Part shown: in pieces, positions 20,495-31,000 of the stretch | Numbering within the stretch: the first letter of the stretch is position 1 | Layout: each line of letters begins with the position of its first letter | Origin: a virus | Taxonomy: Duplodnaviria > Caudoviricetes | Length of the DNA stretch: 53,223 nucleotides | Strand: one strand, 5' to 3' | Virus record (IMG/VR): IMGVR_UViG_3300027749_005768 | Location: 1 to 53,223 of that record | Notes under the pieces: generated by a model | Told to the model about the DNA's origin: nothing | Seen by the model: only the letters and a program-made list of their open reading frames with translations | Databases searched by the model: none | Translations under genes and position numbers: made by a program

Positions 20495-22324
20495 ATGGCT
20501 GGCGATACAACTTCAAATCAGAATAAAAACTATACAGGTAATGACGGTCGTTCGTCAACTTTTGGTAGGGGGTTAGCAACATTTATTCAAAATAAATTAC
20601 CCTACGCTAATATTATCGATACAGATAATAACCAGTTAAATCCTAAGTATAAGGTATTCGCTGATGCTGGATTACGTAGAACGGAGGCATTAGCTAAAAA
20701 TTCCGTTTCTCTCTCTAATGAATATAATAACTTACCTATTGGTTCTATAGGTAAAGATTCTTCTTTTGGTCAGGTAATGTATGCTAATATTCAAGAGAAT
20801 AAAGGCGCTAGATTACGAGACTATAGAGTTATGGCTGCATACTCAGATGTTGCAGATGCATTAGATGAAATTTGTGATGAGACAATTAACACAGATGAAA
20901 ATGGATGTGAGTTGACTCTTAGTATGAGACACGTAGATTTAAGCTCAAAAGATAAAACGAGCTTAGATGAAGAATTTAATAAATTTGCTGAGTACTTCGA
21001 TTTTAAAAATAAGGGTTGGCAATACTTTAGACAACTATTAATTGAAGGTGAATTGTTTTTTGAACTTATTATTCATAAAGATTACGTTCAAGAAGGTGTA
21101 CTAGGTGCAATCAACTTACCAGGTGAGTTAATTGATCCGGTATATAATAATATTCAGAATATGATGGTGAAGGGCTTTATATATAGAAAGCCTATTTTTG
21201 ATCCAAGACATCCAAATAAACAAGAAAAGGTAGAACATATACCACTAGATCAAAACCAAGTTGTTTATATTAACTCTGGTGTAATGAGTGAGTCAAAAAC
21301 AATGATTCTACCATTTTTAGAAAATGCTAGACGTGCATATAGGCAGTTGTCACTTATTGAAGATGCTATTGTTATCTATAGATTAGTAAGAGCACCAGAA
21401 CGTCTTATATTCAACGTTGATGTAGGTAATATGGCAGCACCAAAAGCCGAAGCATACCTTAAAAAGCTTATTGCTAACTACTGGTCGAGTAAAACATTCG
21501 ATGTTGATCAAGGAGATGTAGTTAAAAAGTTTAATCCGCAGTCGATGCTTGATGCTTTCTGGTTTCCAAAAAGACAAGGATCAGAAGGTTCAAGTGTAAG
21601 TCAACTTCAAGGTGGTCAGAATCTAGGCGAGTTAACTGACTTAATGTACTTTATTAAGAAGCTTTATCGTTCATTAAAAGTACCTACATCAAGACTTGAT
21701 CCTGCTGATGCATTTAGAGATGGTGCAGAAATCTTAAGAGAGGAGCTTAAGATGGCACGATTTATTATTAGACAGCAGCAACGATTTGCTGCTGGTATTA
21801 AAAGAGGATTTATAACACATCTTCAGTTAAAGGGTATATGGGAAAAACTTGATCTTACAGATGGAAATTTAAGTATAGAATTTAACGTTCCAACAAACTT
21901 CTATGAAATGCGTGAAAACCAAAGAATCGAACAACGTGCTGCTAGCTTTAACGCTGTAGCGTCAAATGAGTTCGTTTCTAAAACATATGCACAAAAGAAA
22001 TATCTTGACTGGAAAGATAAAGATATTCTTGCTAACAGAGAGTTTTTACGTAAGGATGCCGAACTTCAATGGGAATTGCAACAAATTACTACTCTCGGAC
22101 CTGCCTGGAGAGAGCAAATAATTGCTGCTGATGTTACAGATGCAGGTGCTGCTGAAGCAGGTGCTGGTGAAATGGGTGGTATGAGCGGCGGTATGCCACC
22201 AGCGTTTGGAGGTGGTGAAGCATCTATTGGTGGAGCACCAGCAGGTGGTGGAGCACCAGCAGGTGGTGAAGTACCGCTAGCAGGTGGCGCTCCAGCTGCA
22301 GAAACACCTCCTCCAGCTGCGTAA
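20495..22324 (+). CDS. gp20: portal vertex protein
   Basis: YRVMA...V.DALDEI, EDAIVIYRL.RAPER.IF.VDVGN, FWFPKRQG, LYRSLKVP.SRL, REELK. Confidence 0.95.
   Translation: MAGDTTSNQNKNYTGNDGRSSTFGRGLATFIQNKLPYANIIDTDNNQLNPKYKVFADAGLRRTEALAKNSVSLSNEYNNLPIGSIGKDSSFGQVMYANIQENKGARLRDYRVMAAYSDVADALDEICDETINTDENGCELTLSMRHVDLSSKDKTSLDEEFNKFAEYFDFKNKGWQYFRQLLIEGELFFELIIHKDYVQEGVLGAINLPGELIDPVYNNIQNMMVKGFIYRKPIFDPRHPNKQEKVEHIPLDQNQVVYINSGVMSESKTMILPFLENARRAYRQLSLIEDAIVIYRLVRAPERLIFNVDVGNMAAPKAEAYLKKLIANYWSSKTFDVDQGDVVKKFNPQSMLDAFWFPKRQGSEGSSVSQLQGGQNLGELTDLMYFIKKLYRSLKVPTSRLDPADAFRDGAEILREELKMARFIIRQQQRFAAGIKRGFITHLQLKGIWEKLDLTDGNLSIEFNVPTNFYEMRENQRIEQRAASFNAVASNEFVSKTYAQKKYLDWKDKDILANREFLRKDAELQWELQQITTLGPAWREQIIAADVTDAGAAEAGAGEMGGMSGGMPPAFGGGEASIGGAPAGGGAPAGGEVPLAGGAPAAETPPPAA
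22229..22267 (+). repeat. 18-bp tandem repeat in the Gly/Ala/Pro tail of portal
   Basis: GGTGGAGCACCAGCAGGT x2 (GGAPAG). Confidence 0.8.
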
Positions 22325-22328
22325 TAGA

Positions 22329-22334
22329 TAAATA
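22329..22334 (+). promoter_or_regulatory. T4-type late promoter box (representative of ~20 copies)
   Basis: TAAATA exactly 5 nt before gp13 ATG; same at 23936, 24610, 27545, 31849, 35536 (+) and 4674, 31773, 49097 (-). Confidence 0.75.
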
Positions 22335-22339
22335 CTTAT

Positions 22340-23485
22340 ATGGCACTCGCATGTGAAGTATTACCTGTATCAGCTTTTCAATCTACAAGTGTAAATAGTA
22401 AAATGGACACATTTTCGGATTTATCAGATCGTATAAAGCGATCACTTGGTTACCCGCTTATTACACTTGAAGTTCATCAAGATCAATTATTTCAAAACAT
22501 ACAAATTGCTTGTGAATACTTTTCAAAGTTTGCAGGATTTACACAGGAATACTTAATTTTTGATTCTGCTCTATATGAGAAAAATAGAGGTATAAGACTA
22601 GATCATTTATTTACACTTGCGAGAGGTGGTCTAACAGATGCGCAAAAAATAGCTAATACTTCTGTGAGACCAGATGCTGACTTCACTGTTGAGACACCTG
22701 CTACAGTATATGTAGCTACATCAGCTATTAATTCTTCTGTATTTGCAGGTTCATCTTCTTTATCTAGTTTATTTACATCTGGGCTAACTGAATTTGAAAT
22801 AGTTGATCAGTCTTTATATACTACAATAACTACTTATAGTCCAATACTTACTAGTATATTTAGACAATCTATATCTAATAAGGTTTCACTACAATCGCAA
22901 CCTGCTACAGCAACACAATACTCTAATGTATTTGACTATGATTTAATGGATTATAGAAAGGTTGTATCTGTAGATGATTTTGAAGAAGGTTCTAATCAAG
23001 GTATTAACTCTTTATTTACACTCGAACAAACACTCGCACAACAAACATACTTTAGTTATGCTTTAGGTAATTATGGATTCGACCTTGTATCGTGGTATAC
23101 AACTAAAGAATGGATGAAGACGCGGGAGAAGATGTTAGCAACAAAACGCGATCTTAAATTTGATCCAAGAACACAATACTTACAAATGTATCCGCAACCT
23201 GGTTCAAGTAAGTTTTACGGGGTAATAGCTTGCTGGCTTGAAAGACCGTTAAGAGACTTAGTTAAAGAGCAGTGGGTATATGAATACGCTTTAGCTTTGA
23301 CTATGATTGTTATAGGTAGAGTGAGAGGTAAGTTTAGTAATGTTTCATTACTTGGAGGAGGTACACTTAACTATGATCTACTTAACGAAGGTACTACCAA
23401 AAAGAAAGAGCTAGAGGATATGTTAACAACAGGCGCTTCTGCTGGTTTTGGAGATTCAGATCCACCAATGTTTTTCTTAGGATGA
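22340..23485 (+). CDS. gp13: neck protein (T4 gp13-like)
   Basis: I.RSLGYP.I.LEV..DQ, WV.EYALAL....G..RGKF..V.L.GG.TLN, C-terminal PPMFFLG. Confidence 0.85.
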   Translation: MALACEVLPVSAFQSTSVNSKMDTFSDLSDRIKRSLGYPLITLEVHQDQLFQNIQIACEYFSKFAGFTQEYLIFDSALYEKNRGIRLDHLFTLARGGLTDAQKIANTSVRPDADFTVETPATVYVATSAINSSVFAGSSSLSSLFTSGLTEFEIVDQSLYTTITTYSPILTSIFRQSISNKVSLQSQPATATQYSNVFDYDLMDYRKVVSVDDFEEGSNQGINSLFTLEQTLAQQTYFSYALGNYGFDLVSWYTTKEWMKTREKMLATKRDLKFDPRTQYLQMYPQPGSSKFYGVIACWLERPLRDLVKEQWVYEYALALTMIVIGRVRGKFSNVSLLGGGTLNYDLLNEGTTKKKELEDMLTTGASAGFGDSDPPMFFLG

Positions 23486-23913
23486 GTTCTAAATATAGGC
23501 AGGGAAAATTTATACCTATTAACAAGAGTAAGTTTATAGGTACATATGCAAATTATAGATCTGGACTTGAACTTAAATTTATGCGCTTTTGCGATAATAA
23601 CTCTAATGTAATAAAGTGGGGATCTGAAAATGTAGTGATACCTTATATAAGTCCGCTTGATGGCAGAGTTCATAAGTACTACGTAGATAACTTTGTAGTT
23701 ATACGTGAAGGTAATATAATTAAAAATTATTTAATTGAAATTAAACCTTCTAAACAAACACAACCACCAAAGACAAATTATAAAAAGAAAGAACATTTAC
23801 TATACGAGCAATCAGCATGGATAATAAATTCCGCAAAATGGGAAGCAGCACGCGAACTTTGTAAGAAAAAAGGCTTTGAATTCCTAATACTTACTGAAAA
23901 GCATCTTAATTAA
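23482..23913 (+). CDS. gp4: head completion nuclease (T4 gp4-like)
   Basis: YRS.LE.KFM.FCD, WGSE..VIPY.SP.D...H.Y.VD, IEIKP..QT, N.AKW.AA, F.ILTE. Confidence 0.9.
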   Translation: MSSKYRQGKFIPINKSKFIGTYANYRSGLELKFMRFCDNNSNVIKWGSENVVIPYISPLDGRVHKYYVDNFVVIREGNIIKNYLIEIKPSKQTQPPKTNYKKKEHLLYEQSAWIINSAKWEAARELCKKKGFEFLILTEKHLN

Positions 23914-23946
23914 ATAGATTTATATACAACTTACATAAATATAATT

Positions 23947-24612
23947 ATGGCATTAAAGCTTAACCTATTAGTAGAAAAACCAGCGTTAGAGGATCAGTTT
24001 GAATACGTTGTTGAAGAAAGTAACAGAAACGCTCCTTCTACTCTTTTTATTAAGGGTCCATATATGATGGCTGAGGGCGTTAATAAAAACAAACGCCTAT
24101 ATCCAATTGACGAGTTAAGACAAGAAGTTAAGAGGTATACAGAAGAAATGATTACCCCAGGGAGAGCTATGGGAGAGCTTAACCACCCAACGACTGCTGA
24201 CGTTGATCTTGAGCGTGCTTGCCATATTGTTACGGAAATGTATGAAGACAATAATGTGTTCTACGGTAAATCGAAAGTACTTTCTACTCCATGTGGTTTA
24301 ATTGTTAAGTCACTTATTAACGATGGGGTTAAGGTTGGTATGTCCTCTAGAGCACTCGGCACACTTGAGGAAGGCTCATCACATAACACTGTTAGAAATC
24401 TTAAACTGGTAGCTGTTGACTGTGTCGCTGATCCATCGTTTCCAAAAGCTTTTGTTAATGGTATCTTAGAATCCAAGCAGTGGGTTGTTGCTGTTAATGG
24501 CAAATATGAAGAAGTATACGAAAACTTTGAAAAGTCAATTTCCAAGCTTCCAAGAAAAGATATGGAATTTTTCTTAAGAGAACAAATCCTAAAATTCATA
24601 CAATCTATATAA
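23947..24612 (+). CDS. gp21: prohead protease
   Basis: N.N.R.YP, RAMGELNHP, TP.G, GMSSRALG, D.VADPS.P.AFV.GI.E. Confidence 0.95.
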   Translation: MALKLNLLVEKPALEDQFEYVVEESNRNAPSTLFIKGPYMMAEGVNKNKRLYPIDELRQEVKRYTEEMITPGRAMGELNHPTTADVDLERACHIVTEMYEDNNVFYGKSKVLSTPCGLIVKSLINDGVKVGMSSRALGTLEEGSSHNTVRNLKLVAVDCVADPSFPKAFVNGILESKQWVVAVNGKYEEVYENFEKSISKLPRKDMEFFLREQILKFIQSI

Positions 24613-24620
24613 ATAATAGT

Positions 24621-24914
24621 ATGGCAAAGAAGCAAGCTAAAAAATCTACAAAAAAGAAACCTATGCCACCTTGGTTAGCCAAGAAAATGGGTAAAGATAA
24701 GGAAACAAAAGGCGCTGCAAAGCCTAAGGCTAAAGGTAATCCTTTTGCTAAAAAAGGGAAAGAAGAAAAACTTACTGAATCTACAGGTATTGTAGAGTTT
24801 ATTAATGCAATTTCTTCGAAAAACTACGCTCAAGCTAATAAATATTTACAAGGTGTAATTGAAGATAAACTTCAACAAAGAATTAGCGCATCCTTAAACG
24901 AACCACTCTTCTAA
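24621..24914 (+). CDS. small Lys-rich prohead core-like protein
   Basis: Between gp21 and gp22; TATAAATA box; basic N-half followed by LTE. Confidence 0.55.
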   Translation: MAKKQAKKSTKKKPMPPWLAKKMGKDKETKGAAKPKAKGNPFAKKGKEEKLTESTGIVEFINAISSKNYAQANKYLQGVIEDKLQQRISASLNEPLF

Positions 24915-24915
24915 T

Positions 24916-25770
24916 ATGAAAGTTACGAACATACTACCGGACGAAGCAACAGAGATTCTCACAGAAGAATCCCTTCAAGTTATTGAAAATGCCTTCAGCA
25001 AGAAACTTCAATTAACTGTTGAAGCTGCTCTTACTGAACAGGATGATCTATACTCGAAGAAACTTGAACAACTTATCTCTGCTATTGACAAAGACCACAC
25101 AACTAAATTAAAAAGAGTTGTAGAAGCTGTTGATAAAAACAATGCTGGGAAGCTTGTTAAAATTGTCAAAAAGTATGAGCGTGAGCTTACCACAGAAGCT
25201 AAACAATTTAAGTCTACTCTTACAGAAGCTATTTCCAATTATCTTGAAGAATTCCTTGATGAGGCTATTCCTGCTGAAGCAATTGCTGAGGCAACTAAGA
25301 ATAGAACAGCAAGAGAAGTTCTCGGTAATCTCCGTAAGGTATTAGCTATTGATTCAGCTCTTATGAGTGAGTCAGTACAAGGTGCTGTTGTTGATGGTAA
25401 GAATCAAATTGATGCTCTTACACAACAAGTTGAAAAACTTTCTAAAGAAAATGCTCTCGTTAAAGAAAGCTACTTTAAGACAAAGGCTTCTCTTTTAATC
25501 GAAACAAAGACTAACGGTCTTTCTGATAAGAAGAAAGAATATATCAAAAGAGTTCTTAGTGATAAAACACCTAAGTTCATCGAAGAAAACTTCGACTATA
25601 CTCTTAGATTATTCGACAAGAAGGAAAAAGAAAATATTGACATTCTTAGAGAAGAAGCATTCAGCGCACGTAAAGTAAAAGCTGACGCTCCTGTTCTTAG
25701 AGAGTCAACACAAATAAAAGAAACTATTTCAGGTAATCCGTATCTTTCAGAGATGCAGAAGTATAAATAA
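24916..25770 (+). CDS. gp22: prohead scaffolding/core protein
   Basis: Acidic coiled-coil with many (L/I)xE sites, immediately before the major capsid gene. Confidence 0.8.
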   Translation: MKVTNILPDEATEILTEESLQVIENAFSKKLQLTVEAALTEQDDLYSKKLEQLISAIDKDHTTKLKRVVEAVDKNNAGKLVKIVKKYERELTTEAKQFKSTLTEAISNYLEEFLDEAIPAEAIAEATKNRTAREVLGNLRKVLAIDSALMSESVQGAVVDGKNQIDALTQQVEKLSKENALVKESYFKTKASLLIETKTNGLSDKKKEYIKRVLSDKTPKFIEENFDYTLRLFDKKEKENIDILREEAFSARKVKADAPVLRESTQIKETISGNPYLSEMQKYK

Positions 25771-25853
25771 GAATAGAAAAGAATTTTTCACCCTGAACAA
25801 TGAGGTCCATCTAAGTGACCTGAGTTAATCGAAAGGAAAAACTAATATAAATT

Positions 25854-27326
25854 ATGAGAAATATACGTCCTACACAATCATTCGTAGATAAAAACAGAGC
25901 TGACCAACTTCTTGAGAAGTGGGCACCAATTCTTGATTTTAAATCCGATTCCGTTGCTGAGATAAGAAACGAAAACACTCGCCTTAATACAGCTATGCTA
26001 CTTGAAAACCAAGAAGCATGGTGCTTCCAAGAATCCAACGCTAATAGCGGTGGTGTTTTTGGTGCTAATGCAGGTGTTGGAAGTTTCAATGGTAATTCAC
26101 AAGTTAACTCCACTGACTCTTATGCTCAGGGAGATGCTCGTTTACCAAAGATCCTTATCCCAATGATCCGTCGTACATTCCCAGAACTTATCTCTAACGA
26201 GATTGTTGGTGTTCAACCGATGTCTGGCCCAGTTGGCCTCGCCTTCGCGCTTCGTTATGCTTATCAATCACAGAACCTCGGTTCCGGTGTTGATGGCAGC
26301 TCGCAAGCAACAGGTGGTGGTGGTAACTATCCAGGCAACAATGGTGCTCAATATAGCGGTAACGCTGCAAGTACTAATGAACTCGGCTATCAGTATCTTG
26401 ACACACGTTTCACTGGCTCTAGCTCGTCTAGACTTAGTGGTAACGCTGCCTGGACATTCGCAGATCAAGATCGCGGCGTAGCCAACATCTTATCAGCGTT
26501 TGAAATCACTGGTAACATCCCGCAAATCGAAGTCAAGTTTGAGAAGACAGCTGTTGAAGCTGGTACTCGTAGACTTGGCGCACGTTGGTCCGTTGAACTT
26601 GAGCAAGACCTTAAGAATATGAATGGTATCGATATCGATGCTGAAATCACAAACGCTATGTCGTATGAGATCCAAGCTGAAATCGACCGTGAAATGATCA
26701 TGAGAATGATCCAATCCGCCCTTAACGGTGGTTCATATTCGTTCTGGTCCCCTGCTTCTGCTGACGGCCGCTGGCTCGTTGAGAGAAATAGAGACTTCTA
26801 TCAAAAGCTTATCATTGAAGCAAACAGAATCGCTGTACGTAACCGTCGCGGCGCTGCTAACTTCATCGTTGCAACACCACGTGTTTGCGCCATTCTTGAA
26901 ATGCTCCCTGAATTCCAGTGGGTACCTGTTCAAGGTGACGTCTCAACACAACCAGTTGGTATTGCTAAGGTAGGTTCAGTTGGTGGAAGATTCGCAGTTT
27001 ACCGTGATACACGTACAGAAGTTCAAAACTCCGCACAATATACCACATCTCCTGCTTATTCAAATGCACCTTCTGGTGGTATTGAGTATGCGTTGCTTGG
27101 TTATAAGGGTTCTGAATTCTATGATACAGGTATCATTTACTGCCCATACATTCCTATCATGGTACAAAGAACAATCGGACCGAATGACTTCGCTCCACGC
27201 GTAGGCTTGCTTACACGCTATGGTGTCGTTGATAATATCTTCGGTGCTAATCTTTATTACCACGTTGTAATTGTTCAGGGTCTTGGTATTGCGTTCTCGC
27301 CAGCAAATCAAAGTGTATATTTTTGA
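25854..27326 (+). CDS. gp23: major capsid protein
   Basis: KW.PIL, LLENQ, GVQPMSGP.GL.FALR, V.A..R.L.A.WS.EL.QDLK, EIDRE, GYKG...YD.GI.YCPYIP, F.PR.G..TRYG; strong codon bias. Confidence 0.97.
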   Translation: MRNIRPTQSFVDKNRADQLLEKWAPILDFKSDSVAEIRNENTRLNTAMLLENQEAWCFQESNANSGGVFGANAGVGSFNGNSQVNSTDSYAQGDARLPKILIPMIRRTFPELISNEIVGVQPMSGPVGLAFALRYAYQSQNLGSGVDGSSQATGGGGNYPGNNGAQYSGNAASTNELGYQYLDTRFTGSSSSRLSGNAAWTFADQDRGVANILSAFEITGNIPQIEVKFEKTAVEAGTRRLGARWSVELEQDLKNMNGIDIDAEITNAMSYEIQAEIDREMIMRMIQSALNGGSYSFWSPASADGRWLVERNRDFYQKLIIEANRIAVRNRRGAANFIVATPRVCAILEMLPEFQWVPVQGDVSTQPVGIAKVGSVGGRFAVYRDTRTEVQNSAQYTTSPAYSNAPSGGIEYALLGYKGSEFYDTGIIYCPYIPIMVQRTIGPNDFAPRVGLLTRYGVVDNIFGANLYYHVVIVQGLGIAFSPANQSVYF

Positions 27327-27373
27327 TATACAACTAGTTAGCTGATCTCTAAAGGGAATCACAAACAAACTAA

Positions 27374-27411
27374 GAACCGTAGGGAACCGAAGATCCCTAC
27401 GGTTCACTTTT
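27374..27411 (+). terminator. intrinsic terminator after gp23
   Basis: 12-bp stem GAACCGTAGGGA / TCCCTACGGTTC then ACTTTT. Confidence 0.85.
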
Positions 27412-27555
27412 GTACTAAAATAAACCCAGTCAAAGCAGGAAAATTATGTTTAGTGTTTGCGTTTCGTTTCTTTATCTTAAAATAACCTTCACGAATTAAT
27501 GTACTAAAATAAACTGTTTTAATAGGAAAATTAACATTTAACCATAAATATTAGT

Positions 27556-27987
27556 ATGGCATTACTCATTAACTTTACTAACCAGGCATTATCAGCAGCT
27601 ACAGATAAACCTGCGAATCTTAACTGGTCACTTTCTGGTACAGGTACGTATAAGACAGTCGAACTTCTAACAAGCGGTACTGGTATTGGTACACTTAGTA
27701 CAAAGGTAGTTCAAGGTGTACTCTTTAGTACCCTCTTATCATCTGCAGTCTCACCAGCTTCCGGTACAGGTAGCTTTGCAACACTATCTGCTGCAACAGG
27801 CTTAACATTCAGAGTAGACGCTGCACATAACACCCGTCAATTTGCTGTGTTATATACTGATGAATCTTCATCAGTATTTACATGCTTAACAGCAAGTGCG
27901 TTAGCAACAGCACAACAGTTATCAGCTAATTCATTTGATAATAGCTGGCCTGAAATCAGAAGATTGGTAACACTTGGTTATCATTGA
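27556..27987 (+). CDS. Ser/Thr/Ala-rich putative virion (decoration) protein
   Basis: Follows gp23, own TAAATA box at 27545. Confidence 0.6.
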   Translation: MALLINFTNQALSAATDKPANLNWSLSGTGTYKTVELLTSGTGIGTLSTKVVQGVLFSTLLSSAVSPASGTGSFATLSAATGLTFRVDAAHNTRQFAVLYTDESSSVFTCLTASALATAQQLSANSFDNSWPEIRRLVTLGYH

Positions 27988-28007
27988 TATCTCTTAATTC
28001 TTAAAAT

Positions 28008-28044
28008 AAAAAAAGGCTTAGTATTAATTTACTAAGCCTTTTTT
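28008..28044. terminator. bidirectional intrinsic terminator
   Basis: AAAAAAGGCTTAGTA-ttaatt-TACTAAGCCTTTTTT between convergent genes. Confidence 0.85.
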
Positions 28045-28059
28045 ATTAGATTTATTTTA

Positions 28060-31000
28060 TTAAGGTACAATAAAGAGTTGATTGGTAATAGTACTTCTCC
28101 ATATAAAGCCACTACCTAAACCTACAGAAGAAGTAGGAACATTAGTAAGAGCTAGTGTAGGAGCGTATGCTGTATTAGCTGATAGAGCAGTTATATTACC
28201 ACCAGCAATAATAGACGAGCAAGCAGCTGTATTACAAATACAATTATTATTTCCATTTAGTATAGTAGAATAACTAGCACTAGCTGTATTACAGTAGCCA
28301 GACGCTGTGGAATAACTTCCACTGGCTGTATTGAATCTACCACCAATTATAGTAGAATAACAACTACTAGCTGTATTACATGTACCGTTGATTACGGTGG
28401 AATATCTAGCACTAGCTGTATTACAAAAACCGATACCTACAAATGAATTATACTCACCACTAGCTGTATTACTATTACCACCTATAATTGTCGAATACAA
28501 ATTACAAGCTTTATTACCACCACCACCACCAATAAAGGAACTTTCACCACTAGCTTTATTATTACTACCACCAATTATAGAAGAACAACTACCACTAGCC
28601 TCATTACCGATACCACCAACTACTAGTGACGGGTAGTGTCCACTAGCTGTATTATTAATACCACCAACTATAGTTGGAGCATAATAGCCACTAGCTGTAT
28701 TACCTCTACCACCACCTATAAAAGCATCATTATAATTACTAACTGTTGTATTACCGATACCACCAACTATAACAGCATGACAACTACTAGCAGTATTACA
28801 ACAGCCACCACCTATAAAACCATAATCACTATTAGTACTATTACTTCTACCACCACCTATATTAGAATAAGCACCGCTAGCTGTATTACAATAACCACCA
28901 CCTACATTAGACCAATAACTACTAGCTGTATTACATTTACCTCCTGCTATAGTAGAATAAGGAGCACTAACTGTATTATTACGACCGCCAGCTACATTAG
29001 AATAAACACCACTACTGTTAACCGCATTACAAAAACCACCAGCTACATTAGAATAATGACCATTAGCTGTATTACAATAACCACCACCTATATTAGAACA
29101 AAGACCACCGGCTATATTACTTAAACCACCACCTACTGTAGAATAATGACCATTAGCACGGTTAATACTACCACCAGCTACATTAGAATTATTACCGCTA
29201 GCTGTATTATTACCTCTAATTGGTTTAATAGAGGATGTAGCATCTACTAGGGTATAGGGTCTTGATGATAATTCATTATAAGCACTGTTCCAATTACCAC
29301 TTGTAGTTTTAACAGTTGTATATGTATTATTCCATAAACTTGAACTAAGATTTAAAGCTGTTGTAGATGTATAAGCACTGTTCCAATTACCGCTAGTAGA
29401 ATGAACTAAAGCATTTACAGCAGCATCTCCACTACCTCCTCCACCACCTGAAAATATAGTTGCTAGATCAACCCCTGCACTTAAAATTTGACCGGTAACA
29501 TTTAAGTTACCTCTCATTATACCACCGTTAGCAAATTGAACAGCTACAGAACCACCACCTGATGATAGCTCTATAATACGTCTTACATTAGCTAGCTCCA
29601 GGTTGAACCTATTTGAAATAGATTTCTCTAAGTCTGTCTTGATCGTTTTTACATCAACGTCTCCCTTGGTCTCCAAGGTCTTTTCGACTACTATAGAAGG
29701 TACACTATTCTTAATTAGAGATACTTCATCTAAGATAGATTTTTTACTTTGTTCAATAATCTCTATTATATGAGCTTTATCTCTTGTAGTAATATCTGTC
29801 ACACTAGATTCAATTAAAGTAATTCTATCATCATAATAACTTGTAATCTTACCCTCAGCTATTGTAATTTTATTCTCGAGATCACTAGTTAAATCTCTTA
29901 CTGTATTATCTAATGATTCTTTTAAAGTAGTATTATTAATAATAATTTTATTCTCAACATTACTAGTTAATTTCTTAACTGTATTATCTACTGATAATTT
30001 TAAAGTATCAACATTTTGTTGAAGCGTTAGCGTACTACCCTTAAAATCGTTAATAGTTTTTTCAACTATAGTAGAAGAGTTTTGAAAAATACTAATATTA
30101 TCCTCAAGTAGACCGATTTTAGATTGTGTATCTACACTAAGATCATCTATCTTCGATTCTACTGTTACAATACTATCATTAACGTTACTAAGTGTATGTT
30201 GAACATTAGCTTGAATATCATTAATTTTAGACTCCGTACTAACAATACTATCATTAACCACATCAAGCGTATCTTTTACATCAGCATGTATTTTGGATAC
30301 ATTAACATCAACAGTGTTAACTATACCTTCAATTACTCTAACACTAGCATCTGTTGCATCTATCTTTGTTGCTAAACTACTAATATTACTAGCAATTGAT
30401 TCTTCTAATTGTGTCTTAACATTACCAATACGGCTTAAAGCTTTATTAGAGTTTTTAATAATAGAATCATTAAGTTCTACATTTGTTTGCTCTAAGCTAA
30501 GAATAGTACTATCTAACTTACTAACAACGACTTGCACACTCCCCGTAACATTAGCTTCCCAATCACCTAATACTTTAGTAAGTGATTTTGAAACTGTTTC
30601 AAATTTAACATCTAGGTTTTTATTATTTGTTGTATCTCTACTTTCAATCTCTTTAATAAGATTGTTTGTAAGAATATTCTTAGCTAATTCAGATATACGA
30701 TTTTCAAATAACTCTACAGATTGAGTATTTTGATCTTGTATAGTAGACTCTAAGTCTTGCGTTAACTTATCAGAAAGACTATTAATAGACACAACAATAA
30801 AGTCGTAAGCCTTCTCACTCTCTTGTTCTGTATATGTAAAGAGTTCATCACGTGTATTTTCTGTGAGTTGTAAAAACTCATCTAGTAAATCCTTTTTAAA
30901 TTTTTCTTTTGATTTAAAGAATACTTCACGTTCTTGATACTTAGCTTCTTTTACTTCGCGTAAGTTTTGTTGTTTAACAGACTCAGCAAATTCACCCGCT

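Noticed and set aside
27324-27373. TGA stop of gp23 followed by a small stem-loop (read-through/SECIS idea)
   Set aside because: In-frame TAG follows after four codons; nothing meaningful would be added
25811-27407. Many alternative-frame and antisense ORFs over gp23
   Set aside because: By-product of strong codon bias in a highly expressed gene; no starts with promoter context
27411-27533. Mini-CRISPR interpretation of the bipartite repeat
   Set aside because: Only two copies, middle differs in length and sequence, not palindromic
28190-29215. Possible CRISPR array (periodic ~45-bp units)
   Set aside because: Units are degenerate, in-frame coding repeats without unique spacers; no cas genes
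28082-30724. Plus-strand ORFs with repetitive I/T/S or L/P content
   Set aside because: Antisense shadows of the fibre repeats
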